Shown here: in pieces, positions 1 to 9,479 of the stretch
How the letters are laid out: each line of letters opens with the position of its first letter
Numbering within the stretch: the first letter of the stretch is position 1
NCBI GenBank assembly: GCA_963715665.1
Contig: OY970263.1
Span: 253,514-317,513, forward strand
DNA from: an uncultured Gemmatimonadales bacterium
Lineage (GTDB): Bacteria; Gemmatimonadota; Gemmatimonadetes; Gemmatimonadales; GWC2-71-9
Reading direction: 5' to 3'
Length of the DNA stretch: 64,000 nt
The notes under the pieces: generated by a model
The model's database searches: none
Seen by the model: the letters and a program-made list of their open reading frames with translations, nothing else
What the model was told of the DNA's origin: nothing
Made by a program: the position numbers and the translations under genes

Positions 1-581
1 GCAATCTCCGCGATGAGGTGATCCCGTTGGGCCGGACTGAGGGAAGCCGTATCGATCCGTTCCAATGCCACATCTGCGGAGTCGATCGAACCCACCTCGA
101 TCTCCAGGCGGATCCGGGTCGTCTCTAGCGACGTCGGGAGCACGGCGCTCCTGGCGGTTAGCGCGCGCAATTGCGTCAATTCGCGAGCTGGTGCCAACCA
201 AATGTATGGATACGGTGTAATCGCTTCGAGCTGTTCCGCGCTCCAGGAATTACCACTGTCGCTGGCGAGCAGTTGTCGAAGTGCGAGCACGGCCGGTGCG
301 CGCCACAGGGCTTCGCGCCCGGTGCGGGACGCCTCGGGCGGTGAGATCGGAGCGGCCATGGCGAGTGCGACTTGTGCCGCGAGGCTATCCAGGGGCGCAT
401 CCCGGGAGTTCCGTTGAGAGTCCTCGATCAGCCGCGAGGCGATTGGCTGCAATGCGGCTCGTGCCGCGGTGTCACCGTGCAAGACCATGGTGATCAGCGC
501 GTCCAACGTGGTGTCGGCAGCCCCGTCCCGGGCTGTGCCGTGACCGACGCAGCCAGCTATCAAGCAAGCGACGACGAACAC
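1..581 (-). CDS. putative lipoprotein, N-terminal part only (runs off left edge)
   Basis: My own minus-strand translation: GTG at 581, then FVVACLIAGC (lipobox-like), with the frame open to position 1. It is absent from the ORF track because it has no stop in the window. It lies directly downstream of the Cys-rich peptide gene. Confidence 0.4.
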   Translation of the reverse strand, partial: MFVVACLIAGCVGHGTARDGAADTTLDALITMVLHGDTAARAALQPIASRLIEDSQRNSRDAPLDSLAAQVALAMAAPISPPEASRTGREALWRAPAVLALRQLLASDSGNSWSAEQLEAITPYPYIWLAPARELTQLRALTARSAVLPTSLETTRIRLEIEVGSIDSADVALERIDTASLSPAQRDHLIAEI

Positions 582-681
582 CTGACCTCCATCGAAGCTC
601 CGGCGCTGCCCACGGGCCGACGATACACGATGCGACGCTCGGCGACAAGAGTCGTTGATCGATGAGTCACCTCACGCCGCG

Positions 682-984
682 TCAGAACACCCAGCATTGA
701 ACGTCGAAGTCGCAACCTGGCCCGCCGGCGTTGCAAGACGCTTCGACGTCGTCGCGGCTGACACCACCGCAGCCATAGTCTTCGGCGAGAATGGCAACGC
801 AAGCGTCGTAAGGATCATCGGTTGCGCAGGCTTCCCACGCCACGGAGTCGTCTTCGTTCACGCATGCAGAGTAGAAGCCAAAATCGCAGGACGGCCAAGC
901 CGCGACGGCTCGAGAGGGGAGGGTCAGCCCACCGACCGCCACTACGATGGCGCTAAGCATGGTGACGACGGAGCGTTTCGACAT
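682..984 (-). CDS. secreted acidic Cys-rich small protein (precursor-like), family member 1
   Basis: 100-aa ORF with AAGGAGG 6 nt upstream of the ATG. N-terminal signal peptide (cleavage guessed after SRAVA). The 72-aa mature part has 8 Cys and many D/E. Confidence 0.6.
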   Translation of the reverse strand: MSKRSVVTMLSAIVVAVGGLTLPSRAVAAWPSCDFGFYSACVNEDDSVAWEACATDDPYDACVAILAEDYGCGGVSRDDVEASCNAGGPGCDFDVQCWVF

Positions 985-1085
985 GTTGTCCTCCTTTTGG
1001 TGGAGTAATGGGGTGCGCCGTTCCGGTATTCAGTTGCGGTCATGCCGGTGACTCGGATCAGACCGGCCCGGCGACCGATGTAGGG

Positions 1086-1769
1086 CTACGCTGATGTGGC
1101 GGACTTAATTGCGGCGATCACCAGTCGGTTCAATGACGCGGAATCGGGCGCCCCCGGAAGTCGGAGGCCGTTGATCAACAGTGTCGGTGTGCCGCGCCCA
1201 CCGAGCTTGCGCGCCGCCGCAGAGTCGATGTCGATGGCAATCACGGGCCCGGTTCGGGAGGCACATGTTGCGAAGGCTCCGGTATCAGCCACGCCCGCAT
1301 CTCGCGCGAAACTCATGAATGATTTGAGTCCCAGTGAATCCTGCTTCTGGTAGAGCGCGTCGTGATACGCTTCGAATTGCCCCTGCGCTCCAGCACATTC
1401 TGCCGCCCGGGCAGCCGGGTAGGCGAACCGATGATAGGAAAGTGGCCAGTTCCGGAAGACGACCTGAACGTCGTTTGGATACTTGTTCCGGATATACCGC
1501 AGCGGGCCGAGTTCGAACTTCCTGCACACCGGGCACTCGAAGTCCGCGAATTCGACGATTGTCACCGGGGCATTGGCCGGGCCCATCCGATGGCCGACCG
1601 CCGCATATTGGCGCCAGTCGGGGACCTGAACGGGCGTCGTTGGGCCCCGTGTAGCGTCGCCGGCCGGCGGCTTGTGAAGGGAGTCACGGACCCGCAGGGT
1701 GGTGACCACGACGGCGCAGGCAACCGCAACTACCATGAACGTCTGTTGGACGGCCTCACCAGGTTTCAT
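1086..1769 (-). CDS. membrane-anchored DsbA-family thiol:disulfide oxidoreductase
   Basis: C-terminal 227 aa of ORF 1086..2540. Internal ATG at 1769, followed by a TM helix (FMVVAVACAVVVTTL) and FADFECPVC (CxxC). Close paralogue of 40388..41065, which starts at the equivalent position. Confidence 0.75.
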   Translation of the reverse strand: MKPGEAVQQTFMVVAVACAVVVTTLRVRDSLHKPPAGDATRGPTTPVQVPDWRQYAAVGHRMGPANAPVTIVEFADFECPVCRKFELGPLRYIRNKYPNDVQVVFRNWPLSYHRFAYPAARAAECAGAQGQFEAYHDALYQKQDSLGLKSFMSFARDAGVADTGAFATCASRTGPVIAIDIDSAAARKLGGRGTPTLLINGLRLPGAPDSASLNRLVIAAIKSATSA

Positions 1770-2540
1770 CGTCTTCCCCCCGCGGCCGTTCTCCCGGATC
1801 TGGACGAGCCATCGTGCCCCCCCCCCCCGCCTCACCCGGGCCCGGATCCGCTCCTTGACCCGCCTGACAAGCCTGCGCTGTTCGGCCGGCGGACGGTCGG
1901 TGATGCCCAGCACATCGGCGTAGACCTTGGTCCTTCGCTCGCCCTCACCCATCAGCTCCCAGACCCTGTGCTCGGCGGCACTCCAGTTGGCTCGATGTTC
2001 CGCGCAGACGGTGGGAGTCCCGCCGGTGGTAATCACTTCCTGTAATACCTTCCCCGCCGGGCCGAGAAGTGCAACAACCCGGGTGTCAGCGTCCCGCCGA
2101 CGCCGGGCGTGTTCCGCGGCGTAACGCCACTCCCGGCGCTTGAGCCGGCCCTCGCGGCGCAGGCCGTTGAGCAGGTTCCGCCAGGCGGCCAGCCGCAGGT
2201 GGGCCATCACCATTCGGCCATCGGACGCGTTCGCGCCGGCCGGATGCTGGATATACGCCATCACGGCGTCAGTCGCGGCGTCCTGCGCGAGTGATGCGTC
2301 AATGCGCGGCCGATGGGCGGTCAGGTAGGTAACCAGCCACGGATGGACCATGGCCGCGAGTCGCTGGCCGACGTTGTCATCTCCGGCGAGCAGCTGCTGG
2401 TGCAGTTCGGCGATGCGGTCGAAGGCCGGCTCGGTCAACGGGCAACCGCGTCCTGTTGGTGTACGAGCAAGGTAATACGAGCGGAGCGTACGGATGTCAA
2501 GCGGAAGGTACACCAGGGGCACGATCCCCTTGGCAGCCAC
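1770..2540 (-). CDS. sigma-70/ECF-like regulator domain (in this assembly fused in frame to the DsbA-like ORF)
   Basis: N-terminal 257 aa of ORF 1086..2540. Region-2-like (DAATDAVMAYI...AAWRNLLNGLRRE) and region-4-like (VYADVLGITDRPPAEQRRLVRRVKERIRARV) patterns recognised by eye. There is no stop before the DsbA start, only a G12 tract. Confidence 0.45.
1817..1828. repeat. C12/G12 homopolymer tract at the sigma-like/DsbA junction
   Basis: Counted directly: 12 consecutive C on the + strand. Confidence 0.95.
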
Positions 2541-2627
2541 GCGGGCGGCCGGTCGGCACGGCGGTTGCCCGGGCGGTCGGGCGGCGGACCCCGGCGGGGG
2601 CTATAGTTCACGCCTCCAGGAGGTAGT

Positions 2628-4247
2628 GTGAATTCCAAACGTCGACTGCTCGGGGTCCTTGCGTGCGGCATCGCACTCGCCGCCGTTCTTCCCGCCGCGC
2701 TGCCCGGCCAGAGCACGTCCGGCCCGCGCTTCGAGATCTCCTTTCCCGCCTCGGCCCACGCCGGCCCGATCACCGGGCGCGTGTACGTGGCGATCACGAA
2801 GGTGAACGACGCGCGCCGCACGCCCATTGACCAGACCGGCGAAGACGGCGTGCCGCTCTTCGGCGTCAACGTCGACGCCCTGAAACCGGGCCAGAGCGCC
2901 ACCATCGACGCGTCGACCTTCGGCTACCCGGCCCGCTCGCTCCGCGACATTCCCGCCGGCACCTACTGGGTGGAACCGTTCGTCAACGTCTACACCCGCT
3001 TTGCGCGGGCCGACGGGCACGTGGTGTGGCTCCACATGGACCAATGGGAAGGGCAGGACTGGAAGCGCTCGCCGGGGAACATCTGGGGCAAGCCGGTGGA
3101 GATCACCTTCGATCCGAAGTCGTCGACACCGGTCCGCCTCGTCGCCGACCAGGTGATTCCGCCGATCACCGAACCGGCCGATGACCAGTACGTCAAGCAC
3201 ATCAGGATCAAGAGCGAGATCCTGTCGAAGTGGTGGGGACAGCCGATCTGGCTCGGCGCCATCGTGCTGCTCCCCAAGGGCTACGACACGCACCCCGACG
3301 TGAAGTACCCGATTGTCTACGACGAAGGCCACTTCTCGCTGCGCCCGCCGGGCGGCGGCGCCAACCCGCAATGGCTCGCCGACAGCACGCCGCGGGTGAT
3401 CATGGTGTCGCTGCAACATCCGTCGCCCTACTACGACGATTCGTACGGCGTCAACTCGGCCAACAACGGCCCGTACGGCGACGCCATCATGCAGGAGCTG
3501 ATTCCCGAAGTCGAAAAGCGCTTCCGCGTCATCGGCCAGCCGTGGGCGCGATTGCTCACCGGTGGGTCGACCGGCGGCTGGATCGCCCTCTCGCAACAGG
3601 TGTTCTACCCCGACTTCTACGGCGGCACCTGGGCGCTCTGTCCCGACGCGGTGGACTTCCGGTACCACCAGATCGTCAACATCTACAGCGACAGCAACGC
3701 GTACTGGGTGGACCACGGCTGGATGAAGGTGGAGCGCCCCGACGTGCGTCGTCCCGACGGCAACATCACCACCATGATGAAGGACGAGAACTGGTACGAG
3801 CTGGCGGTGGGCGACAGCGGGCGGAGCGGCGGGCAATGGGACATCTGGCAGGCGACCTACGGTCCGGCGGGCGCCGGCGGCTACCCGGCACCGATCTGGA
3901 ACAAGCGCACCGGAGTGATCGACCACCAGGTGGCGGACTACTGGAAGCAGCACTACGACCTGCGGAACATCCTGCAGACCAACTGGTCGACCCTGGGGCC
4001 GAAGGTGGCCGACAAGATCAACGTCTACGTCGGCGCCATGGACACCTATTACCTGAACATGGGCGTCCACATGCTCGACGATTTCCTCACCTCGGCCACC
4101 GACCCGAAATGGACCGGCGAGATTGTCTTCCAGCCGATGGCGCCGCACTGCTGGGGGCCAAGAATGCCGGAACTGCTGCAGAAGATGGCGGCGCAGATGG
4201 TGGCCCATGCGCCGGCCGGGGCGGATGTGAAGGGGTGGAGGTACTGA
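2628..4247 (+). CDS. secreted alpha/beta-hydrolase, putative esterase family
   Basis: 539-aa ORF with AGGAGG upstream of the GTG, a signal peptide, and GGSTGG (GxSxG nucleophile elbow) in an esterase-like context. Confidence 0.75.
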   Translation: MNSKRRLLGVLACGIALAAVLPAALPGQSTSGPRFEISFPASAHAGPITGRVYVAITKVNDARRTPIDQTGEDGVPLFGVNVDALKPGQSATIDASTFGYPARSLRDIPAGTYWVEPFVNVYTRFARADGHVVWLHMDQWEGQDWKRSPGNIWGKPVEITFDPKSSTPVRLVADQVIPPITEPADDQYVKHIRIKSEILSKWWGQPIWLGAIVLLPKGYDTHPDVKYPIVYDEGHFSLRPPGGGANPQWLADSTPRVIMVSLQHPSPYYDDSYGVNSANNGPYGDAIMQELIPEVEKRFRVIGQPWARLLTGGSTGGWIALSQQVFYPDFYGGTWALCPDAVDFRYHQIVNIYSDSNAYWVDHGWMKVERPDVRRPDGNITTMMKDENWYELAVGDSGRSGGQWDIWQATYGPAGAGGYPAPIWNKRTGVIDHQVADYWKQHYDLRNILQTNWSTLGPKVADKINVYVGAMDTYYLNMGVHMLDDFLTSATDPKWTGEIVFQPMAPHCWGPRMPELLQKMAAQMVAHAPAGADVKGWRY

Positions 4248-4252
4248 GCGGC

Positions 4253-4483
4253 AGCCCGGAGCCCGGAGCCCGGAGCCCGGAGCGTGGGCACTGTCATTGT
4301 GAGCGGAGCGGTGGCGAAGCCACCGCGCAGTCGAACGCCTGCACTGAGCTTGTCGAAGGGACGACTTCGCAGCCACTCCGCGGCTGCTCCGCTCGGGATG
4401 ACATCGCTGCGTGGCCGGCCGATCCCTCGCTCCGCTCGGGATGACAGTGGCCGTCCCGCCCCCCGGGCCCCGGGCTCCGGGCT
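4253..4483. repeat. inverted pair of heptamer arrays flanking a REP/MITE-like segment
   Basis: (AGCCCGG)x4 at 4253-4280 and its complement (CCGGGCY)x3 at 4463-4483. The ~180 nt between them carries three copies of a ~20-nt motif (GAGCGGAGCG / CGCTCCGCTCGGGATGACA) in both orientations. Confidence 0.7.
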
Positions 4484-4552
4484 GCCTTTCTGGCATTGCG
4501 CTCCGGCACACGGGTTGCCTTCCTTTCACCGGATGCCGAATCGAGCCCCCTC

Positions 4553-5113
4553 ATGAAGGCTGATGATCCCATGGAAGACCCTGCGGGAAACCGCGACCAC
4601 GACCTCCCGATGACCGAGCCCCAGCCTCCCGAGGAGGAGTGGCGGCCGGAAGACAGCGTTCCGGCGGCGGAGGCGGCCAAGGCAGTCGCCGACGCCGAGG
4701 ATCGCTTTCTCCGCCTCGCCGCCGAATACGACAACTACCGGAAGCGGACCCACCGGGAAAAGACCGAGGCGTTCGACCGCGGCGCCGCCGCGATTGCGCT
4801 GCGGCTGCTCGACGTGCTCGACGACATCGACCGCCTGGCGGCAAGCCACCCCGAGCCCACCGACACCTTCCAGAGCGCCTTCCTGCTGATCCAGCGGAAA
4901 CTCTGGAAGGAGTTGCAGGCGGCGGGACTGGAACCGATCGACGCGGTAGGCAAGCCGTTCGACCCGACGCAGCACGAGGCGGTGTCGGTGGTCGCGCCGG
5001 AGGCGAAGGGGCAGGACCACACCGTCAAGGCCGTCTTCCAGACCGGCTACCGGTTCAAGGGGACGGTGCTGCGGCCGGCCCGGGTCCAGGTCTACTCCGA
5101 CCAGGGCAACTGA
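4553..5113 (+). CDS. grpE: nucleotide exchange factor GrpE
   Basis: AAEYDNYRKRTHRE...VGKPFDPTQHEAV...GYRFKGTVLRPARV are GrpE hallmarks. ATG at 4553 is preferred over the track start at 4496. Confidence 0.9.
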   Translation: MKADDPMEDPAGNRDHDLPMTEPQPPEEEWRPEDSVPAAEAAKAVADAEDRFLRLAAEYDNYRKRTHREKTEAFDRGAAAIALRLLDVLDDIDRLAASHPEPTDTFQSAFLLIQRKLWKELQAAGLEPIDAVGKPFDPTQHEAVSVVAPEAKGQDHTVKAVFQTGYRFKGTVLRPARVQVYSDQGN

Positions 5114-6202
<1,089 letters not shown>

Positions 6203-6233
6203 GGGTTGGTGCTGCGAAGGCGCTGACGGCCCA

Positions 6234-6261
6234 CGGAGCCCGGGGCCCGGGGCCCGGAGCC
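6234..6261. repeat. heptamer tandem array (CGGRGCC)x4
   Basis: Read directly. Lies between the convergent dnaJ and ppk 3' ends. Confidence 0.8.
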
Positions 6262-6263
6262 TG

Positions 6264-8429
6264 CTATCTCCGCCGCTCGATCAACACCCGATGGGTCCCC
6301 CGTTCCGGCTCGCCCGCGGCCGGGGTGCGCTGTTCGAAGCTGCCGTCGGGCCGCATCTCCCAGGCCTGGCGATTGTCGCGCAGCATGAGTTCCAGAACCC
6401 GCCGCACTTCCGCCCGATGCCGCGGGTCCTCGATCGGCACCGCCGCTTCGATGCGTCGCACCAGGTTGCGGGGCATCCAGTCGGCCGACGAGATCCAGAC
6501 CTCTTCCTCGCCGCCGTTGGTGAAGACAAACGCGCGGGAATGTTCCAGAAACCGTCCCAGGATCGAGATGACGCGGATGTTGTTGCTGACACCGGGGAGT
6601 CCGGGGCGGAGGCAGCAGATGCCGCGGATGATCAGGTCGATCGGCACCCCGGCGCGCGACGCCTGGTAGAGCGCCTCGATCACCTCCTGGTCAACCAGCG
6701 CGTTCATCTTGGCGAGAATGCCCGAGGGCCGTCCGGCGCGGGCATGTTCGGCCTCGCGCCCGATCCGCTCGAGCATCCGCTCCTTCATCCAGCGCGGCGC
6801 CACCAGCAGCTTGCGGTATCCGGCCGGCGCCGCGAACCCGGTGAGGACGTTGAAGAGGTCGCTCAGGTCCATGCCGAGTTCGGGGTCGGCGGTGATCAAC
6901 CCGAAGTCGGTGTAGAATCGCGCGGTCCGCGGGTTGTAGTTGCCGGTGCCGACATGCACGTAGCGCCGGATGGCGTCGCCCTCGCGGCGCACCACCAGCA
7001 GCACCTTGGCGTGGGTCTTGAGCCCCGCCACCCCGTAGCTCACGTGCACCCCGATGTCCTCGAAGCGCTTGGCCCAGCTGATGTTGTTCTCCTCGTCGAA
7101 GCGCGCCTGCAGTTCGATCAGCACCGCCACCTGCTTGCCCCGTTCGGCCGCCAGCGCCAGGAGTCGCGCGATCTCGCCGCCGGTGCGGTAGAGCGTGATC
7201 TTGATGGCGAGGACATCGGGATCTTCGGTGGCGACAGCAATGAGCCGCTCCACCGAGGTCTGGAACGAGTCGTAGGGGTGATGCAGCAGGATGTCGCCTT
7301 CGCGGATCGTGGCGAAGAGGTCGTGGTCTTCGGCGAGGCGCCGCGGGGTGGCCGGGATGAACGGCGGGTCGTGCAACGGCGGGAAGTCGAGGGCGGCGAT
7401 GGTCGCCAGGTCGCTGGCGTCGAGCGGCCCCGACACCTCGAAGACGTCGTCGTCGGTGAGCGGCAGCCCCTGGTCGGCGTCGGCGGCGTTGAACTCCTCG
7501 ATCAACAGCGCGCGGAGCGACGGCGGCATCGACTTCTGCACCTCGAGACGCACCACTTCGCCGAAGCGGCGGTTGCGAACCTCCTCCTGGATCAGCTCCA
7601 GGAGGTCTTCGGCTTCGTCGTTGCTTCCGCTGCCGAACTCGAGGTTGAGCTCGGTGTTGCGGGTGATGCGGAAGAGGTGCCAGCCGAGAATCTGCACGCC
7701 GGGGAACAGCGCCTCGACGTGCGCCCCGATCAGGTATTCCAGCGGGAAGAACTCGTTGGGCCGGGTCAGCGGCACCCACCGTGGCAGCAGCTTGGGCACC
7801 TTGACGCGGGCAAAGTGCGCGTGGCCGTCGGCGTCGGCGAGCGAGACGGCAAGCGACAGCGACAGGTTGGAGATGTGCGGGAACGGATGCGCCGGATCGA
7901 CCGCCAGCGGCGTCAGCACCGGAAAGACATTCGACCGGAAGTACCCGGTGAGGTGTTCCCGTTCCAGGGGCGAGAGGGCGTCGAAGCGGTCGTGCAGCCG
8001 GATGCCGTTGGCCGCCAGCGCGGGGACGACGTCGTTGATCAGGCAGCGCGAGTGCTGGTCGACGAGGCTCCGCACCGTGGTGCGGATGGCGCTCAGCTGC
8101 TGTGCCGGCGGCATCCGGTCGGCGGCGCGCTCGAGCACCCGCGCCGCAACCTGCTCGCGGAGCCCCGCCACCCGCACCTGGAAGAACTCGTCGAGGTTGC
8201 TCGAGAAGATGCCGAGAAACTTGACCCGTTCCAGCAGCGGGGTGCGGGCGTCGAGCGCCTCGTGCAGCACCCGCCGGTTGAACTCCAGCCACGCCAGCTC
8301 GCGATTGAGATAGAGCGACGCATCGCGCAGGTCGGGCGCCGGTTCGCTGGCCGCCGGCGCCGCCGACGCCGTGCAGGTCGACCGCCGACGCGGTGGGATT
8401 GCACGCTGCCGCCTCGATGACCCCGCCAC
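6264..8429 (-). CDS. ppk: polyphosphate kinase 1
   Basis: 721-aa ORF with LYLNRELAWLEFNRRVLHEA...FLGIFSSNLDEFF and full-length PPK1-like organisation. The start is uncertain (GTG 8429 overlaps the mnmA C-terminus). Confidence 0.9.
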   Translation of the reverse strand: MAGSSRRQRAIPPRRRSTCTASAAPAASEPAPDLRDASLYLNRELAWLEFNRRVLHEALDARTPLLERVKFLGIFSSNLDEFFQVRVAGLREQVAARVLERAADRMPPAQQLSAIRTTVRSLVDQHSRCLINDVVPALAANGIRLHDRFDALSPLEREHLTGYFRSNVFPVLTPLAVDPAHPFPHISNLSLSLAVSLADADGHAHFARVKVPKLLPRWVPLTRPNEFFPLEYLIGAHVEALFPGVQILGWHLFRITRNTELNLEFGSGSNDEAEDLLELIQEEVRNRRFGEVVRLEVQKSMPPSLRALLIEEFNAADADQGLPLTDDDVFEVSGPLDASDLATIAALDFPPLHDPPFIPATPRRLAEDHDLFATIREGDILLHHPYDSFQTSVERLIAVATEDPDVLAIKITLYRTGGEIARLLALAAERGKQVAVLIELQARFDEENNISWAKRFEDIGVHVSYGVAGLKTHAKVLLVVRREGDAIRRYVHVGTGNYNPRTARFYTDFGLITADPELGMDLSDLFNVLTGFAAPAGYRKLLVAPRWMKERMLERIGREAEHARAGRPSGILAKMNALVDQEVIEALYQASRAGVPIDLIIRGICCLRPGLPGVSNNIRVISILGRFLEHSRAFVFTNGGEEEVWISSADWMPRNLVRRIEAAVPIEDPRHRAEVRRVLELMLRDNRQAWEMRPDGSFEQRTPAAGEPERGTHRVLIERRR

Positions 8430-9479
8430 CGAGCAGCTGGTCGGCGGCGGAATAGAGCGCGCCGGACTGCCCCGGGGTAATGGCGCGAACCGGTGTGTCG
8501 AGCGCCAGGGCGACGCGGCCCGGTGCCACCTCGCGCACCCGGGCGGGAACGGCGGCGGCGCGGTAGCGCAACTGCACGAAGCAGCGGTCGCCCGCGGCGA
8601 GCGGCGCCGACAGCCAGTTGCATTCGCCCAGTGTCACCGCATCGCCGAACAGCTCCGATTCGTCGCCGACCACCACTTCTCGGCTCTCCGGACGGATCGC
8701 CACCACGTAGAGCGGCAGCGAGCGCCCGCCGGGCAGTCCGCGCCGCTGTCCCAGGGTGTAGCGGGCAAAGCCCTGGTGTTCGCCGACAACTTCGCCAGCG
8801 GTTGTCACCACGCGCCCCGGCGCGAGGGCCGGTGCGTCGGCGGGCAGGCGGCGCTCCAGCACGCCGACATAGTCATCGTCGGGGACGAAGCAGATCTCGA
8901 CGCTCTCGGGCTTGTCGGCGGTCTCCAGCGCCAGCGCCCGGGCGCGCCGCCGGGTCTCGCTCTTGGTGAGCGCTCCCACCGGCGTCCACATCCGCCGCAC
9001 CACCGCCCGGTCGATGCCCCACAGGAAGTAGCTCTGGTCCTTGTTGCGGTCGGCGCCGCGGAACAGCGCACCGTCGCGCGCCACGGCGTAATGTCCGGTG
9101 GCAATCCCGTCGCAGCCGAGCGCGTCGGCGTGCGCCAGCAGGTCGCGGAACTTGGTGAACGAGTTGCAGCGCACACAGGGAATCGGTGTGCGGCCGCGCG
9201 AGTATTCGTCGACGAAGTTGTCGATCACCCGGTCCGAGAAGCGGTCTTCGAAGTTGAGCACGTAGTGCGGAATCCGGAGCCGGTGCGCCACCGCGCGGGC
9301 GTCGGCGATCGAGTCGAGCGAGCAACAGGGCCGGTCGGGGACGTCTCGCCGTAGCAGAACAGCTTCATCGTGGCGCCGATGACCTCGTGGCCCTGCTCGA
9401 CGAGCAGCGCGGCGGCGAGCGACGAATCGACGCCGCCGCTCATCGCGACCAGAATCCGCGCGCGACCGTTCTCAGGCAC
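8413..9479 (-). pseudogene. mnmA: tRNA 2-thiouridine(34) synthase MnmA, frameshifted and without a recognisable stop
   Basis: The N-terminus ([12 protein letters not shown]...MKLFCYGE) is in one frame from GTG 9479. The rest ([26 protein letters not shown]...GQSGALY...LGGGVIE) is in another frame, with the shift near 9335-9345. After GGGVIE the frame stays open across ppk. Confidence 0.7.

Noticed and set aside
2601-4529. 642-aa ORF antisense to the esterase gene. Similar long shadow ORFs occur at 6180-8420 (+), 15345-17720 (-), 20675-23221 (+), 29093-30841 (-), 53373-55034 (-) and 60921-63509 (-).
   Set aside because: Their translations are R/P/G/A/H-rich low-complexity strings with no motifs. 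Each lies opposite or out of frame to a gene with clear family signatures. Such stop-free alternative frames are expected in high-GC DNA.
6691-9291. 866-aa ORF
   Set aside because: It is a composite. The first ~290 aa are the genuine C-terminal part of MnmA. The rest is a stop-poor alternative frame running over ppk.
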